Origin: Octopus vulgaris
Lineage: Eukaryota
DNA: 64,000 nt
Assembly (NCBI GenBank): GCA_951406725.2
Contig: OX597830.1
Coordinates: forward strand, 30,008,001-30,072,000
Direction: 5' to 3'
Shown here piece by piece: positions 14,401 to 28,375 of this stretch. Both the position numbers and the translations under genes were made by a program. Every line of letters starts with the position of its first letter. Position 1 is the first letter of the stretch. The notes beneath the pieces are model-generated. The model was not told the DNA's origin and did not search any database. It was given only the letters and a program-made list of their open reading frames with translations.

Positions 14401-14541
14401 TTAGAGGGAAACCACTATGTGGACAATTACGTAATTTGTTGATAGTGAATCATGTATACGAATAATCCATATTTCTTAGTGGTGAGACCGTAGCGGATCT
14501 ATTTCTAGCATATGGGTGTCCACATAGTGTTTTCCCTCTAA
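14401..14541. mobile_element. Small element with 25-bp terminal inverted repeats, in (TA)n (MITE-like)
   Basis: TTAGAGGGAAACCACTATGTGGACA (14401-14425) versus TGTCCACATAGTGTTTTCCCTCTAA (14517-14541), one mismatch. Confidence 0.65.
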
Positions 14542-15159
14542 CATATATATATATATACACATACGTTTATATATATTTATATACATGCATCTCCCTCATC
14601 TTATATATATAAATACGTGCACAATAACACTCCTCGCACATAAATATACACACCCATACAAACACGTATACATACCTGGATGAATAGATATTTCGATACA
14701 TACATACATACATAGCATACAAGCTCACATGCATAAATAAATAAATGCATACATACATACATACAAACAAACATACATACATACATACATGCATACATAC
14801 ATACATACATACATACATACATACATACATACACACACAATGCGTAATATATCTGAATCTAAGAAACCATATGTCGCGATAAGCATTCCCTTATGACACT
14901 ATGTACTAATTGTCGTATCCGACCACCTGTCTCTAAATATATATCTCTCTATATGCATATTAGCCAATAAATTTCGCTCTTCCTACAGGCATTCTTAGTT
15001 TGCTGCTTTCATTGATATTTGCATTAACTGTCACCTGTCCCAGTAACCTTGTTTACATAGATTTTAAATCTAATACAATCCAAATGCAAAATTGCTATTT
15101 TTCAAATATATTACTAACCTCTAACTGAATAGAAACAACCTCCCACAGGGAACTCACAT

Positions 15160-15241
<82 letters not shown>

Positions 15242-15278
15242 GATACACACAATTATATATGTATATTTACACACACAC

Positions 15279-15321
<43 letters not shown>

Positions 15322-15574
15322 TGTATGTATGTATAATCTATATGTATATTACATATATATGTATGCCTGTGTATATGTATATAATATCACTATAGATATT
15401 CATACACATACTTACGCGTGTATTTATACATAGGTGGTAGAAGTACAAAAACGTCACCTAGTGAAATCTAAGTCGGTCTTAGCGAGATATTTATATCTTA
15501 ATACATTTTTTTCAAAGCGAATTAAACTAACGGTTTGAATTTCATAGTTATAATACAACCACACACGCAGACAG

Positions 15575-15608
<34 letters not shown>

Positions 15609-15609
15609 G

Positions 15610-15908
<299 letters not shown>

Positions 15909-16565
15909 GGCAGAGAAGTGGCTATATGATGCGGTTACCAACCACGCGGTTCCGGGTTCAGTCACACTGCGTGGCACCTTGGGCAAATGTCTTGTACTAT
16001 TGCCTGGAGTCATCCAAAGCCTTGTGAGTGGATTTGGTAGACGGAAACTGAAAGAAGCCCGTCGTATATAAGAGTTATCCCAGCAAGGCTGCAATCAAAT
16101 GCCTAAAACAATAAAACAAGCAAGAGGAAAAATTAATATGTGCATAAAAGTGCAGGATAGGTTGTGTGATAAGTAGCTTATTTACCAATTACAAGGTTCT
16201 GGGTTCTGTCCCATTGCATGCTACTTGGGCAAGTGTCTACTACTATAGCCTCGGACCGACCAAAGAGTGGATTTTGTAGACGGAAACTCAAAGAAGACCC
16301 CTACCAATCATAACACACACACACACACACATATATATATGTCTGAGTGTCTTTGTTTGTCCCCTACCAACGCTGACCATCGATGGTGGTGTGTTTAAGT
16401 CCCCGTAACGTAGCGGTTCGGCAAAATGACCGATAGAATAACTACTAGGCTTGCAAAGAATAAGTCTTGGGGGCCAATTAAGAATAAGTCTTGGGGACCA
16501 ATTAAGAATAAGTCTTGGGGGCCAGCATGGCCGCAGTCAAATAATTGAAATGCGTAAAAGAATAA
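15909..16565 (+). mobile_element. Two tandem SINE family A copies (first internally deleted); 24-bp triplication at 16456-16524
   Basis: Heads at about 15909 and 16150 (GGTTCAGTC..ACTGCGTGGCACCTTGGGCAA); AAGAATAAGTCTTGGGG(G/A)CCAATT x3, third copy partial. Confidence 0.85.
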
Positions 16566-16864
16566 AATTTAAGAATGTGTGTATCGGCAACGTTACGTTA
16601 TTTTTTTTTCTTAGATGATTTTCATTATAACTCAAGCCTGTTTTATATAGGATTAAAGACACGGAAGGTCAACTTTTGGGCCAATGGGTCGTCTTGAGGC
16701 AGAAAGACCTGTCCGGAGCAGTCTATTTTCTTTTACCCGTTAAAATATATTTTACCGACCATACATACGCAAAATATCTGTTCTGAACAAGTCATCCCCA
16801 TTGCGCTAGGAAGCAGCGTAAGGGCGAACAAACAAGTCGCATTCATTCAGCATGTGTGGTCTAT

Positions 16865-16928
<64 letters not shown>

Positions 16929-17197
16929 CATGTGTGTGTTTATATATATATATATACACACAGATATTTGTGAGTATGGGGTTGTAATTTATTGAAAGTG
17001 AATGTTTATCTCAAGACTCGAGTGTCAAGGCAATGAAGATTGCACAACCATGTAACACGAGTCACCAGACACATATCCAGTTTAAAGGAAACTATATCAG
17101 TGTGTGTAAGTGTGTATATATAAGTGCATGTATGTGTGTATGTTTGTACATATAAATATAAATATGTACATATATACACATATACATACATATATAC

Positions 17198-17283
<86 letters not shown>

Positions 17284-17792
17284 GTATGTATATTTATATT
17301 TATGTACTTGTATATAATGGCATCATAAAAACATTTTAGTATATTTAATACGGTTTAAGTAACATTTCCTTTCTAGTTGCACATCAATAGTTGCTTGTAG
17401 TGTAAGCGGCCCATCAATAAATATGACCATTAACTGTGCGGCTTTCGTCTTTTAAAATTAATTACATTAAATTTGTCAGTCGAAAATCTAGATAGTCAAA
17501 AATTGGTGGGGTGGGTGGAGGATGGTGAAAGTAGGACAACGCGAGGAGAAAACTTATATGAGAAGGAAGAGGAGAGAATTTGAGTGGGGATGAGTGGGAT
17601 GTCTGGGATGGTAAAGGTAAAGAAAGCGAAACTCAAGAAGATAAATGCAGAGGGAGAAAGGAGACAAGAAGGGAGAAAGGAGACAAGCTGTAGGTCGTTT
17701 ATGAATAAAATGATACAGTTGAACTTGTGCCATTTAAAATTTAATATATCCTCATTACGAAATGCACACACAATTGCATACACACCTTAATC

Positions 17793-17794
<2 letters not shown>

Positions 17795-17829
<35 letters not shown>

Positions 17830-17953
17830 TTATCTACATATTTGGGAGTGGTTATATAGGGTTTGTATATATGCATATGTATGTATACAAATTTATAATA
17901 AATACTATATTTCATATATCTACCTATATACATATATATATACATATACACAC

Positions 17954-18024
<71 letters not shown>

Positions 18025-18066
18025 CATATATATGTATATATACATATACATATATATATATATATA

Positions 18067-18110
<44 letters not shown>

Positions 18111-18255
18111 TACATATGTGTGTGTATATATATATATATATATATACATACATATACATACATAGATACACACACACATACATACACATATATATATGTA
18201 TATATGTATCTATGTATATGTATATCCATGTATGTATTTATATACATACACACAT

Positions 18256-18313
<58 letters not shown>

Positions 18314-18370
18314 ACATATACATATGTATACATATATATGCATGTATACTTGCATGCACACACACACGTG
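17795..18370. repeat. Compound (TA)n/(TACA)/(TG) low-complexity tract
   Basis: Read directly. Similar tracts at about 9060-9490, 11040-11410, 19430-20210, 26740-27070, 46430-46865 and 47460-47970. Confidence 0.9.
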
Positions 18371-18433
18371 TATATCTATAACTATGTATATGCTTGTTCT
18401 GTTTATTCGTGTACGTTAAAGCAAACGTATTCA

Positions 18434-18660
18434 TAGAAAGAAAAACCCGAAGACACTGAGGTGAGAGACGTGACTATAACGAACGGGACAGTATAGTGTT
18501 TCGTTGTTGGGTAACCAGATAGAGTCCTGACTCGGAACGACGCTAAGGGTACACGTATCTGTAGAGTGCTCAACCACTTGCACGTTAATTTCACGAGTTG
18601 GCTGTTCCGTTGGGCGTATCAGCTGGAACCCTCGTCCTCGTAACTGACAGAGTGCCACGA
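18434..18660 (+). mobile_element. Orphan retroposon 3' end carrying the tail shared by SINE families C and D (possible partner-LINE 3' UTR)
   Basis: 18540-18657 (CGCTAAGGGTACACGT...GGAACCCTCGTCCTCGTAACTGACAGAGTGCCAC) matches the tails of 27926-28340 and 18756-19075. The upstream 100 bp matches neither SINE body. Confidence 0.6.
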
Positions 18661-18755
18661 TGTTGAGATTTAAGGAGACTCATCTTTTATTAAGCATATT
18701 AAGCGACCATACAGAGGTTCTACCTTTGATTTGTTGAAGGCAAATAGATTAAAAG

Positions 18756-19075
18756 ACTCCGCCAGTTACGACGACGAGGGTCCCAGCTGATACGATCAAC
18801 GGAACAGCTTGCTCGTGAAATTAACGTGCAAATGGCTGAGCATTCCACAGACACGTGTACCCTTAACGTAGTTCTCGGGGATAATCAGCGTGACACAGAG
18901 AGTGACAAGGCTGACCCTTTGAAATACAAGTACAACTCATTTTCGCCAGCTGAGTGGACTGGAGCAACGTGAAATAAAGTGTCTTGCTCAAGGACACAAC
19001 GCGTCGCCGGGAATCGAACTCACAACCTTACGATCATGAGCCGAATGCCCTAACCACTAAGCCACGCGCCCTCAC
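18756..19075 (-). mobile_element. tRNA-derived SINE family D with CORE-like segment, full length
   Basis: Head GGGCGCGTGGCTTAGTGGTTAGGG...GAGTTCGATTCCC (A and B boxes), then TGTGTCCTTGAGCAAGACACTT (CORE-like), then the shared tail. Confidence 0.9.
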
Positions 19076-21410
19076 ATACGGCAAATAGATAACATGCATG
19101 CAAAGTGTATGGTTGGAGGGGTGAGGCTAATTGGTAATCGGTTCGAGTAGATGAAATAAGAAATAATTATAAAGAGTGCTTCTTCGGGTTTCCAAGATGA
19201 ATCTGTGCGAATATATTTGCTATCTACGCATATAATCTTGTTTGTGATGCCATGCATATGTCAGAGGGAGGCGCTTGTGTTAGACTGCCAAAGAATACAA
19301 GGAAAATTGATGTTGTGGAACGTATGTAAGAAGGAATATAAGATGCATAAAAATATATGCGCATGTATGTGAGAGAGTGTATATGTGCGTGGGGGTGTTT
19401 GTGTGTACGTTTGTGTGCAAACGAGCATACATATATGTACATATATATATATGTAAATATATATATATATGTAAATATATATATATATGAAAATATATAT
19501 ATGTATCTTTACATATTTCTGTGTGTGTATATATACATATATACAAATGAGCATACATACATGCATATATATATATTTATATATATATATATGAATTGTA
19601 TATGTATGCATATATTCACATATATAGATATATGTATATGCATATTTCTATACCTGTGTATTTTGCTCATATGTATAATGGTCTATATGTATTTATATGG
19701 ATGTATATGTATATGTGTATGTGTATGTGCGTGTGAGCGAGATTGTATGCTTGTGTGTGTGTAAATGTTTGTGTGTGTGTGCATAACATATAATGTGGAC
19801 ATAATGAACTGACAAACAAGTCAAGTTGTACAATTAAGACAAACATTTGAGTGTATATACACACACAAACATACCTGTGCATGTGCACGTGTGTTTGTAT
19901 ACTTACATACATATACATGGACATGGAAATATTTGTCCGTCTGTATATACAAACCTACATATATATATATACATATATATATATGTATGTATGTATATAC
20001 ACATATATATATGTGTGTATATATATGTATTTATATATATATATATATATATATATGTGCATATATATATACATATATATAAATGTGTGAATGTGTTTAT
20101 ATATTACACACACACATATATATATATACAAAGACACACAACTAAAGACATGTGTGTGTATACATATATATATATATATATATATACGCCTACAGACATA
20201 CACATAGAGACATATATACCTTTCTATATACGTACATAAACACGTAAACATATAAACATGTATTTGATTTGATGGCGAATTCCAAGAATTGGATAAAATG
20301 AGAGAGGATGAGTGAGAGATAGAGAGTGTGTATGTGAGAGTAGAGAGAGAGAGAGTAGAGAAAGGAAGAGAGAGGAGGAAGAAGAGTCATAGTGAGAGGT
20401 GAAGGTTTAGTGAGGATGTCAGAATTGAAGTCGATATAATGATGAAGCGGTGAGGAAGGGCGGGAATGATGGGAATGAAAAATAGAGAAGGAAAGTTCGC
20501 GATGGGGAATGAATGGGTGCGATGGAAGCGGTTATTAAGCAGGATTGGCACAAAAGGTGGCTAAATCAAGTGAAGGCCAGAATGTCAAAAATAATTAGTG
20601 GTACATTGGGTGTCTTGTCACATTGTGACAGTAAAGTAGTCAATCTCTAGGGCTCTCGGCCGACAATCATATTCGGCATACAACTTTAGCTCTGCCACCG
20701 ACAGACACGTTGCATTTAGCTAAAAGCTTTCGAGATCCCCATCGCAAACTCCACCATCTCTGCATTCACTGCCATCTCCTCCACCTGCCTTTTTTTTTTT
20801 ATTTCGCATGAATGAATTCGTCCCAAGTCCGAAGTAAGGTTGTTATCGAATGAAGAAAAGATTGCTCAAGAAAATAATAGTAATGAAAAAGGTAAAAAAG
20901 AAAAAAAGATAAATAAAATAAAATAAAAAAAGGATAGTTAGAAAGATTGAGAGAGAAGTAGAGGAGATATATTAATATAGAAAATAAATAAATGAATAAA
21001 TAAATAAATAGATAAATAAAGAAATAATGTATAACAAAAACATACATATTAAAAAGAGAATGAAGGAGAGTTTTATGGATTATTTCCTTCGTTATGTCGT
21101 GGCGATAGTAGCCATTGAAGAAAAATATTTTCATTCGGTTTTACCACGTTTTTATCAGATGTCAGTTTGGGAGATTTCAATCCTGAGATGCGTCGGTGCA
21201 ATAAATAAGTAATTTAAGCAACTGCTATAGATGTAAGTTGTTGGCTAAACGAGTTTATGTAAAAGTTGCTTGTAATGAGATTCTGTCAAAATGGGAAATC
21301 TTTCTGAATGACAAAGTAATTCACGACGTCGCTAAAAGTTGAGTGTGTGTGTGTGTGTGTATGTGAGGGTGTTGTGTGTGGGGGTTGTGCATACATACAC
21401 ATATATATAA

Positions 21411-21411
<1 letters not shown>

Positions 21412-21509
<98 letters not shown>

Positions 21510-21513
21510 CAGG

Positions 21514-21545
<32 letters not shown>

Positions 21546-21576
21546 GAGTCAGGCAGATAGATAAATAGATAGATAT

Positions 21577-21639
<63 letters not shown>

Positions 21640-21862
21640 CTAGATAGATATATATATATGTATATATATATATATATGTACATATGAATATATATTTAGA
21701 GAAGAAGAAGAAGAAGAAGAAGAAGAAGAAGAAGAAGAAGAAGAAGAAGAAGAAGACGACGACGACGACGACGAAGAAGAAGAAGAAGAAGAAGAAGAAG
21801 AAGAAGAAGAAGAACAACAACAACAACAACAACAGCAACAACAACAACAACAACAACAACAA
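21412..21862. repeat. Compound microsatellite (TA)n-(TAGA)n-(CAGA)n-(GAA)n-(GAC)n-(AAC)n
   Basis: Read directly from the sequence. Confidence 0.95.
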
Positions 21863-22563
21863 TTAAATGTTAGTTTATTGTTTGCTCTTTCTACATTATT
21901 GAAGAACCTGGATTGATGTTTATAAAGAGAATATCAGGTGTAAGTAATATTCCATTAATGGTCGGCAACTATTCCCTGTTTCAAAAGAGTACATCAATAT
22001 ACTTATGCTTGCCTTGTATTGTATTAGTGAACTCAAGCTTTGTGCTTGGTACAGCAGACATAGGAACAATTGGGTTTCGCTGGTTTCTTTGCAAAAATCT
22101 GAAACCTGGGAATATTGCTTTTGTTTATGTTATTGACAATTACGTCCCTTTTTCGCAGTGTTGTGAGAGAATTGTCAAAGATTTCGGCGACGTTCAAAGT
22201 CGTTTGGTTACTTGAAAAAATATATATAATAAGGCATGCACTGTTTCGTGGATTCTTTCTCAACTACATGGGGCAAATGAACTGTTTTGCATGATGTCTA
22301 AGCATTTTCTCCGTATTATTTTTTATTAATATTTTAGTAATTTTTTCTTCACATTATAAAATGTAAAGAAAATTTTGGATAGGGCTAAAACAAGGCTTAA
22401 GATTTTAGTGTGCCTTGAGAGGGTTGAAAGCGAAGTAATGCTTAAAATAATATGAAAAATAACAGTTTATTTTTCTGTAGTGAAATGTCGCAAATTAATT
22501 CATAAATCCACACACACACACATGCATACACGCACACACACGCACACACACACACACACACAC

Positions 22564-22657
<94 letters not shown>

Positions 22658-22747
22658 GTATATATATATGTATATATATATAGATATACATACATATATA
22701 TATATGTATATATATATGTATATATATCTATATATATATATACTTAA

Positions 22748-23116
22748 CTTTTATCTTTTCCTGGTTTCACTCATTACCCTGCGGCCATGATGGAGAACCA
22801 CCTTGAGGAATTTTTTAGCCAAATGAATCGACCCCAACATATATCACTTTTGTTTTTGGCCTGATCTCTTCCATTAGTCTCTTTGCGAACGACTAGGTTA
22901 TGTGAACGTAAACAAACCAATACCGATTGTCAAGCGGTGAGTGGGAACAAACAGATATACACATAGCTCTATATCTCATACACGACGGTTTTCTTTCAGT
23001 TTCTGTCTACCAACTTCACTCATAAGCCTTTCGGTGGTCCGCGGCTATAGTAAAAGTCACTTGTCGTGGGACCATGTAGTCTAGTAGCAAGCTTCTTACC
23101 GCACAGCCACGCCTGC
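22748..23116 (-). mobile_element. SINE family A, diverged, with internal deletion
   Basis: GCGGCCATGATGGAGAACCACC...TTCTTTCAGTTTCTGTCTACCAA...CTTCTTACCGCACAGCCACGCCTGC. Confidence 0.8.
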
Positions 23117-23307
23117 AGACACACACACACAAACAAGCAAACTCACACACACACATATATATTTGATATAAATAAAATTTAAAGGAACTAACATGAAAGA
23201 AGCATAAAACGTACCTACACATGTTTCAATCGTTTTTACGCTTTCTACCACCAATTTGAATTCCTCTGAAAAATATGTAACCATTAACTTTTTGCAAGAG
23301 GCAAGCC

Positions 23308-23403
23308 GCCCTGATGATATCTAGTCACTATCTACAACATGGTTCAAATCCTGCGAATCAGAAGCACTGTTTACTTGGTGACCAGATAGAAACACGTGTA
23401 GGC
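23308..23403 (+). ncRNA. Minimal type I hammerhead ribozyme (PLE-type), intact core
   Basis: Stem I GCC/GGC; CTGATGA; stem II TATCT.GTCAC/GTGAC.AGATA; GAAAC; palindromic stem III ACACGTGT; GTA cleavage triplet. Confidence 0.75.
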
Positions 23404-23749
23404 ATTTTTATGCTCATTTTACGTCAGTTTATGTTCCTTTAATTTTAATTTGTATTAAATATTTCCTATGTTTTTATTGTGATACAAATAAAATAAGTAT
23501 CCACAATATTGTTTGCTCCGTTTTCTTATATTAATATCAATGTACATTAGACATTTTATCCCTATATTTTTTGAGAATTCTCCCAATATGTAATCGATAA
23601 CACCAGTTGATCTCTGGATTTTATAATCCTTAAGGAGGATATTACATCCTCAAATTGACTATATACATCCAATAAAAAAGTACACGATAGTGTGTTTACA
23701 AAAACAACTACGAACTAATTATACTTGTTAAGTCTGAGAGAAAAGGCAG

Positions 23750-23835
23750 GTAGGTTCGCTAGTGTAATCGGTAGCAGACCTGATCGCATAAATAGAGGGG
23801 TATGGGTTCGAGCTTCATGGGTACGGAAACCCTAA
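23750..23835 (+). mobile_element. Degenerate tRNA-like or SINE head
   Basis: TAGTGTAATCGGTAGCA...GGGTTCGAGC, A-box and B-box-like, with poor stems. Confidence 0.35.
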
Positions 23836-24809
23836 TTTTTCAGTCGAGGGCTTATATGTCCTATTATTAGACTATTTTCTTCAGTCATTGCGCAGTGATC
23901 GCTATAAGCTTATAAAACAATATATAAATATATAAGATATATAGAAATCTCGCTTATATATATATATATATATTTCGCTCCTACCTAAGTATGACTTTAA
24001 GCTACGTCTGTTAGTGGGACTGTGGTTCGATAATTCTAGGGTTTTGGGGAATATGAATCGACTTCTTGGCCACTTTTGTTTCTAAGTCTTCTCGGCCCCT
24101 GAGTGTCATCATCTATGAGATTGAAAGAGACTCCGAACTGGTGTTCTTTTCTGCACCACAGCAAGAAACTCAATAACTGTGTCTTCCGAATGAAACACAG
24201 AACTTTGTATCAACCAAAACACAACATTATAACGACGGCTGAAAACTGCTACATTTGTTTCGAGCTGGTGTGTGTAGAACATTTGTGACGGTGATTGTCG
24301 TTGATAACAGGCTTAATTCTATAAAGTACTGCAAAAACATCATTTAGACTTCTATTTGAGTACCGAAAAACACTTGAACATTATATAAATATTCATCTTT
24401 TACATGCGAAACCCGTGAATATTGAACGGGATTAATGGTTAACCTATAGGATTGTTTCTGAAAAAAATTATCCCCAAACCTGAAAGCGAAGCCTGTGTTG
24501 TGCCTGCATGGAAAGATAGTTACTCATCTGCTACTCACTTAGAAGTGAAGGAAATTGGAATACGATGATTATTTCACGTATTTTTATATATTTTATGGAC
24601 TTAATTTTATGGACTTAATACACAGCACTCATAAAATAAATATTCACTCTTATTTTTCCATTTTCCCATAAATAAAAAAAATCCCGTACATGATACAACT
24701 TGTAGTTAAAATGCATATATCACCCACATAAATAGGCGTGAATATTTCACAGAATTGCACTTATGCGCATGTGTTAAGTGATAGGTGATATGCAACAACT
24801 TAGATCAAT

Positions 24810-24841
<32 letters not shown>

Positions 24842-25254
24842 TACACTTTACACCTCCACCACCACCACCACCACCACCACCATCATCCAGATGTACTGCT
24901 CATTCTATTTCTCCCTCTTCTCTCTTTATCTCTCTGACTTTCTTTAACCTCACCATCAGAACATCACCCCTCTGCTAACATTATATTTTAAACTCTCCTC
25001 CTCTATCTTCAACACGCCATGGACGTCCCTTTTTCTTTCTCCGTCTTTTTCTCTCCTTCTTTCCTTATCACTCTTTACCTTATCCTCTTTTTCTCTCCCC
25101 TTTTTCTTTCTCCTCTATTTCCCTTCAGCTAATCACTTGAATGCGTTACAATTATATACCCTCTACCTCACGTCATGGACGCTTCTCTCTCCCTCTTGTC
25201 TTTCTCCTTCTTTTTCTCCAATCCCGTGAAAGCGTTACCGATGGTCTAAGTAAC

Positions 25255-25510
25255 TTAAGAAAGCAATCATGCTGGACCACCACTATGAAGAGTTATTTCA
25301 GTCGAACAAATCGATCCCAGGACTTGCGCATTTTAAGCCTGATACTTATTTTCTCGGAATCTTTGGATGAACTGTTAAGTTACAGGGACGTAAACAAACC
25401 AACACTTGTTGTCAAGCTGTGCTGGGGGACAAACACCCACACACAGACACATATAAGTTTGCGTGTGTGTGACATGTTTCCATCAGTTTCCATCTACCAA
25501 ATCCACATAC
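25255..25510 (-). mobile_element. SINE family A, partial
   Basis: CATGCTGGACCACCAC...GGGACGTAAACAAACCAACAC...CAGTTTCCATCTACCAAATCCAC. Confidence 0.75.
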
Positions 25511-25794
25511 ACGGAAATACATATATATATACACAAGTGTGTGTATGTATGCGTAATATATTAAAGGCAAGTAAGTCAATTTCGAATGCAGTAAAACTAT
25601 AAGAACAGCAGAGAAAGATTGAGCATAGTTTCCAGCAGATACAAGCTGAGTGTTCTATCATGAAGCTAAATGGTCCCTGACAACAACCAGCGTCAATTTT
25701 ATAGCTAATTAGCAGCTTTTACGCAAACTTTGGTATTTTATAGACACGAAAGTAAATTTCGAACGCAGTTAACCTGCAAGAGCAGATTTATATA

Positions 25795-25969
25795 CTTTTA
25801 TTCTTTTACTTGTTACAGCCATTTCACTGCGGCCATGTTGGAGCAGCGCCTTGTAAAGTTTTTGTCGAAAAGTTAGAACCTGGGACATATTTTTAAACTG
25901 GTACTTACTCTATCGGTGTCTTTGCCGAACCACTAAGTTACGGTACCTTAAGCGATGATGGGACGACAA

Positions 25970-26044
<75 letters not shown>

Positions 26045-26445
26045 AAAAGGCGGCGAGCTGGCAGAATCGTTGGCACGCCGGGCGAAATGTGTAGCTGTGT
26101 TTCGTCTGCCATTACGTTCTGAGTTCAAATTCCGCCGAGGTACACTTTGCCTTTCATCCATTCGGGGTCGATAAATTAAAAGCCAGTTACGCACTGGGGT
26201 CGATGTAATCGACTTAATCCCTTTGTCCTTGTTTGTTCCCTCTATGTTCACCCCCTTGTAGGTAATAAAGAAACATATATGTATATGATAGGCTTTTTCA
26301 GTTTCTCTCTACCAATGCATTCAATAGACTTTGGTCAGCCTCAGGCTATAATAGAAGGCACTTGCCCAAGTTGCCACGCAGTGGGACTGAACCCGGAACA
26401 GTGTGGTTGGGAAGCAGGTTTCTTGTTACATAGCCGCGCCTGCAT
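25795..26445 (-). mobile_element. SINE family A interrupted by a family B SINE
   Basis: 3' half at 25795-25975 and 5' half at 26285-26445; the insertion lies in the internal (TA)n. Confidence 0.85.
26049..26273 (+). mobile_element. SINE family B1 (Meta-domain-like), full monomer
   Basis: GGCGGCGAGCTGGCAGAATCGTT...GAGTTCAAATTCC...GCCTTTCATCCATTCGGGGTCGATAAATTAA...CCCCTTGTAGGTAATAAAGAAA. Confidence 0.9.
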
Positions 26446-26529
26446 CTCTATACCTACCTATCTATATATATATGTGTGTGTAAAATCAGAAGCTCATCTC
26501 AAGTCATAGGCTCACAAAGCCTGTTTGAC

Positions 26530-26742
26530 CCCCAACCGTTGATTCTGTGGCGTAAATTACACTGCTCGGATGGAACACTGGTCCATCGCACTAGTCATTT
26601 TTCGCCAGTTCAGTGGAGGTGAGTAACGTGAAATAAAAATGTTTTGCGCAGGAACACAACGCATTGTCCTATCCAGGATTCGAAACCATAATCTTACAGC
26701 TATCGGAACATCGTCACAGCCACTAAGCAACGCGGCTCCACG
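26530..26742 (-). mobile_element. Diverged SINE related to family D, with a different tail
   Basis: CATTTTTCGCCAGTTCAGTGGA...AACGTGAAATAAA...CACAACGC...CCACTAAGCAACGCG aligns with 18938-19070. Confidence 0.7.
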
Positions 26743-26760
26743 CGTGTGTGTATGTATATT

Positions 26761-26838
<78 letters not shown>

Positions 26839-26950
26839 TGTATTTATATATATACACACATATATATATATATATATTTATATACATATATATATATATA
26901 TTATTATGTATGTATATATGGAGAGAGAGAGAGAGAGAGCATGTATGTAT

Positions 26951-26993
<43 letters not shown>

Positions 26994-27394
26994 GCATGTA
27001 TATATATGTGTGTGTGTGTGCTTGTTGTGTGCGTGTGCATGCGTGAATACATGTGCATGCATACATACATGTTGATGTACATATTTTAAAAAGTTGTGAC
27101 TGATGTGAGGAAATATATATATGACATTAAGCATTATCAATTGACTTTTATTAAATCTATCATTGACATTTTATATTACTTCCTATTTCTTTTATCATAA
27201 TATGCGTGGGAAAAACCTCTGACATCATGCTACATTCTTTCTTTTTCCACGACCTGCTCATTTCAATTATTAATCATATCATAACTTCTGAAATTATTTG
27301 TCGCCTTTAGATTAGAATGTTGATATAAGACGACACAGCATTATGTCTGATTAGCCATAGTCTCTACCATGAGAAAACTAATGTACCCATATAC

Positions 27395-27445
<51 letters not shown>

Positions 27446-27880
27446 CTCGTTTGTTCTTTCTTCTACTTATTTCAAACATTCAACAGCAGATATATTGTCA
27501 TGCCGCCTTTAAAGGGTTTAGGGCAGTCATGGAGAGAATTACCTTGAAAATATTTTTTTTTAAATTATGTAGCCCGCCTTAAAATGATTCGTGTTGCATA
27601 CAACTTGGTTCTTGACAAAGGTTGTTTATACCTAGTTTAGGTGAATAAATTGTTCCCGGAGGTTAATTATTATTATTATTATCTTTTTTTTTTTTTTTAA
27701 AGTTTTGTGCGTATTTCATTGGTCCTTTACTTGAAACGCTGGGTTACGCAGACGTAAGCCAAATCAATGCCGGGGCGTGTTCTGGTGAGGAGAAATACAA
27801 ATATACGCACATACACGTCTACGCACACTTACTGAACATCCACATGTTCACGCTCATATATATGTGTTTCTGTGTATGTG

Positions 27881-27925
<45 letters not shown>

Positions 27926-27926
<1 letters not shown>

Positions 27927-28340
27927 TAGAGGTGCAATGGCCAAGTGGTTAAGGAAGCGGACTCGCGGTCATAGGTACGCGGTCATAGGTACGCGGTCAT
28001 AGGTACGCGGTCATAGGTACGCGGTCTCGATTCTCAGACTGCGCGTTGTGAGTGTTTATTGAAATACAAAGATACGCATATACACGTCTACGCACACTTA
28101 CCGAACACCCACATTTCACCAGAACTTACTCTCACTCTTTGTTCCTGTTTATGTTGTACCTGTATTTCAAAGGGGCCAGTCTAATCATACTCTGTCACGC
28201 TGAATTTCCCCGAGAGCTACGCTAAGGGTACACGTGTCTGTGGAGCGCTCAGCCACTGGAACGTGAATTTCATGTGCTGGCTGTTTCGTTGATTGGATCA
28301 ACTGGAACCCTCGTCGTCGGGAATGACGGAGTGCCACGAC
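27926..28340 (+). mobile_element. SINE family C with a 14-bp x4 tandem expansion and a replaced internal segment
   Basis: Head matches 1-240; CGCGGTCATAGGTA x4 at 27964-28019; tail shared with family D. Confidence 0.85.
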
Positions 28341-28341
28341 G

Positions 28342-28373
<32 letters not shown>

Positions 28374-28375
<2 letters not shown>

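Noticed and set aside
16660-16860. Possible HDV-like ribozyme or structured repeat
   Set aside because: Only a short CAATGGG/CCCATTG pairing was found; the nested double pseudoknot could not be built.
21913-22300. Unique-looking ORFs (KPNCSYVCCTKHKA), possibly a transposase remnant
   Set aside because: No diagnostic motif or splice signals recognised.
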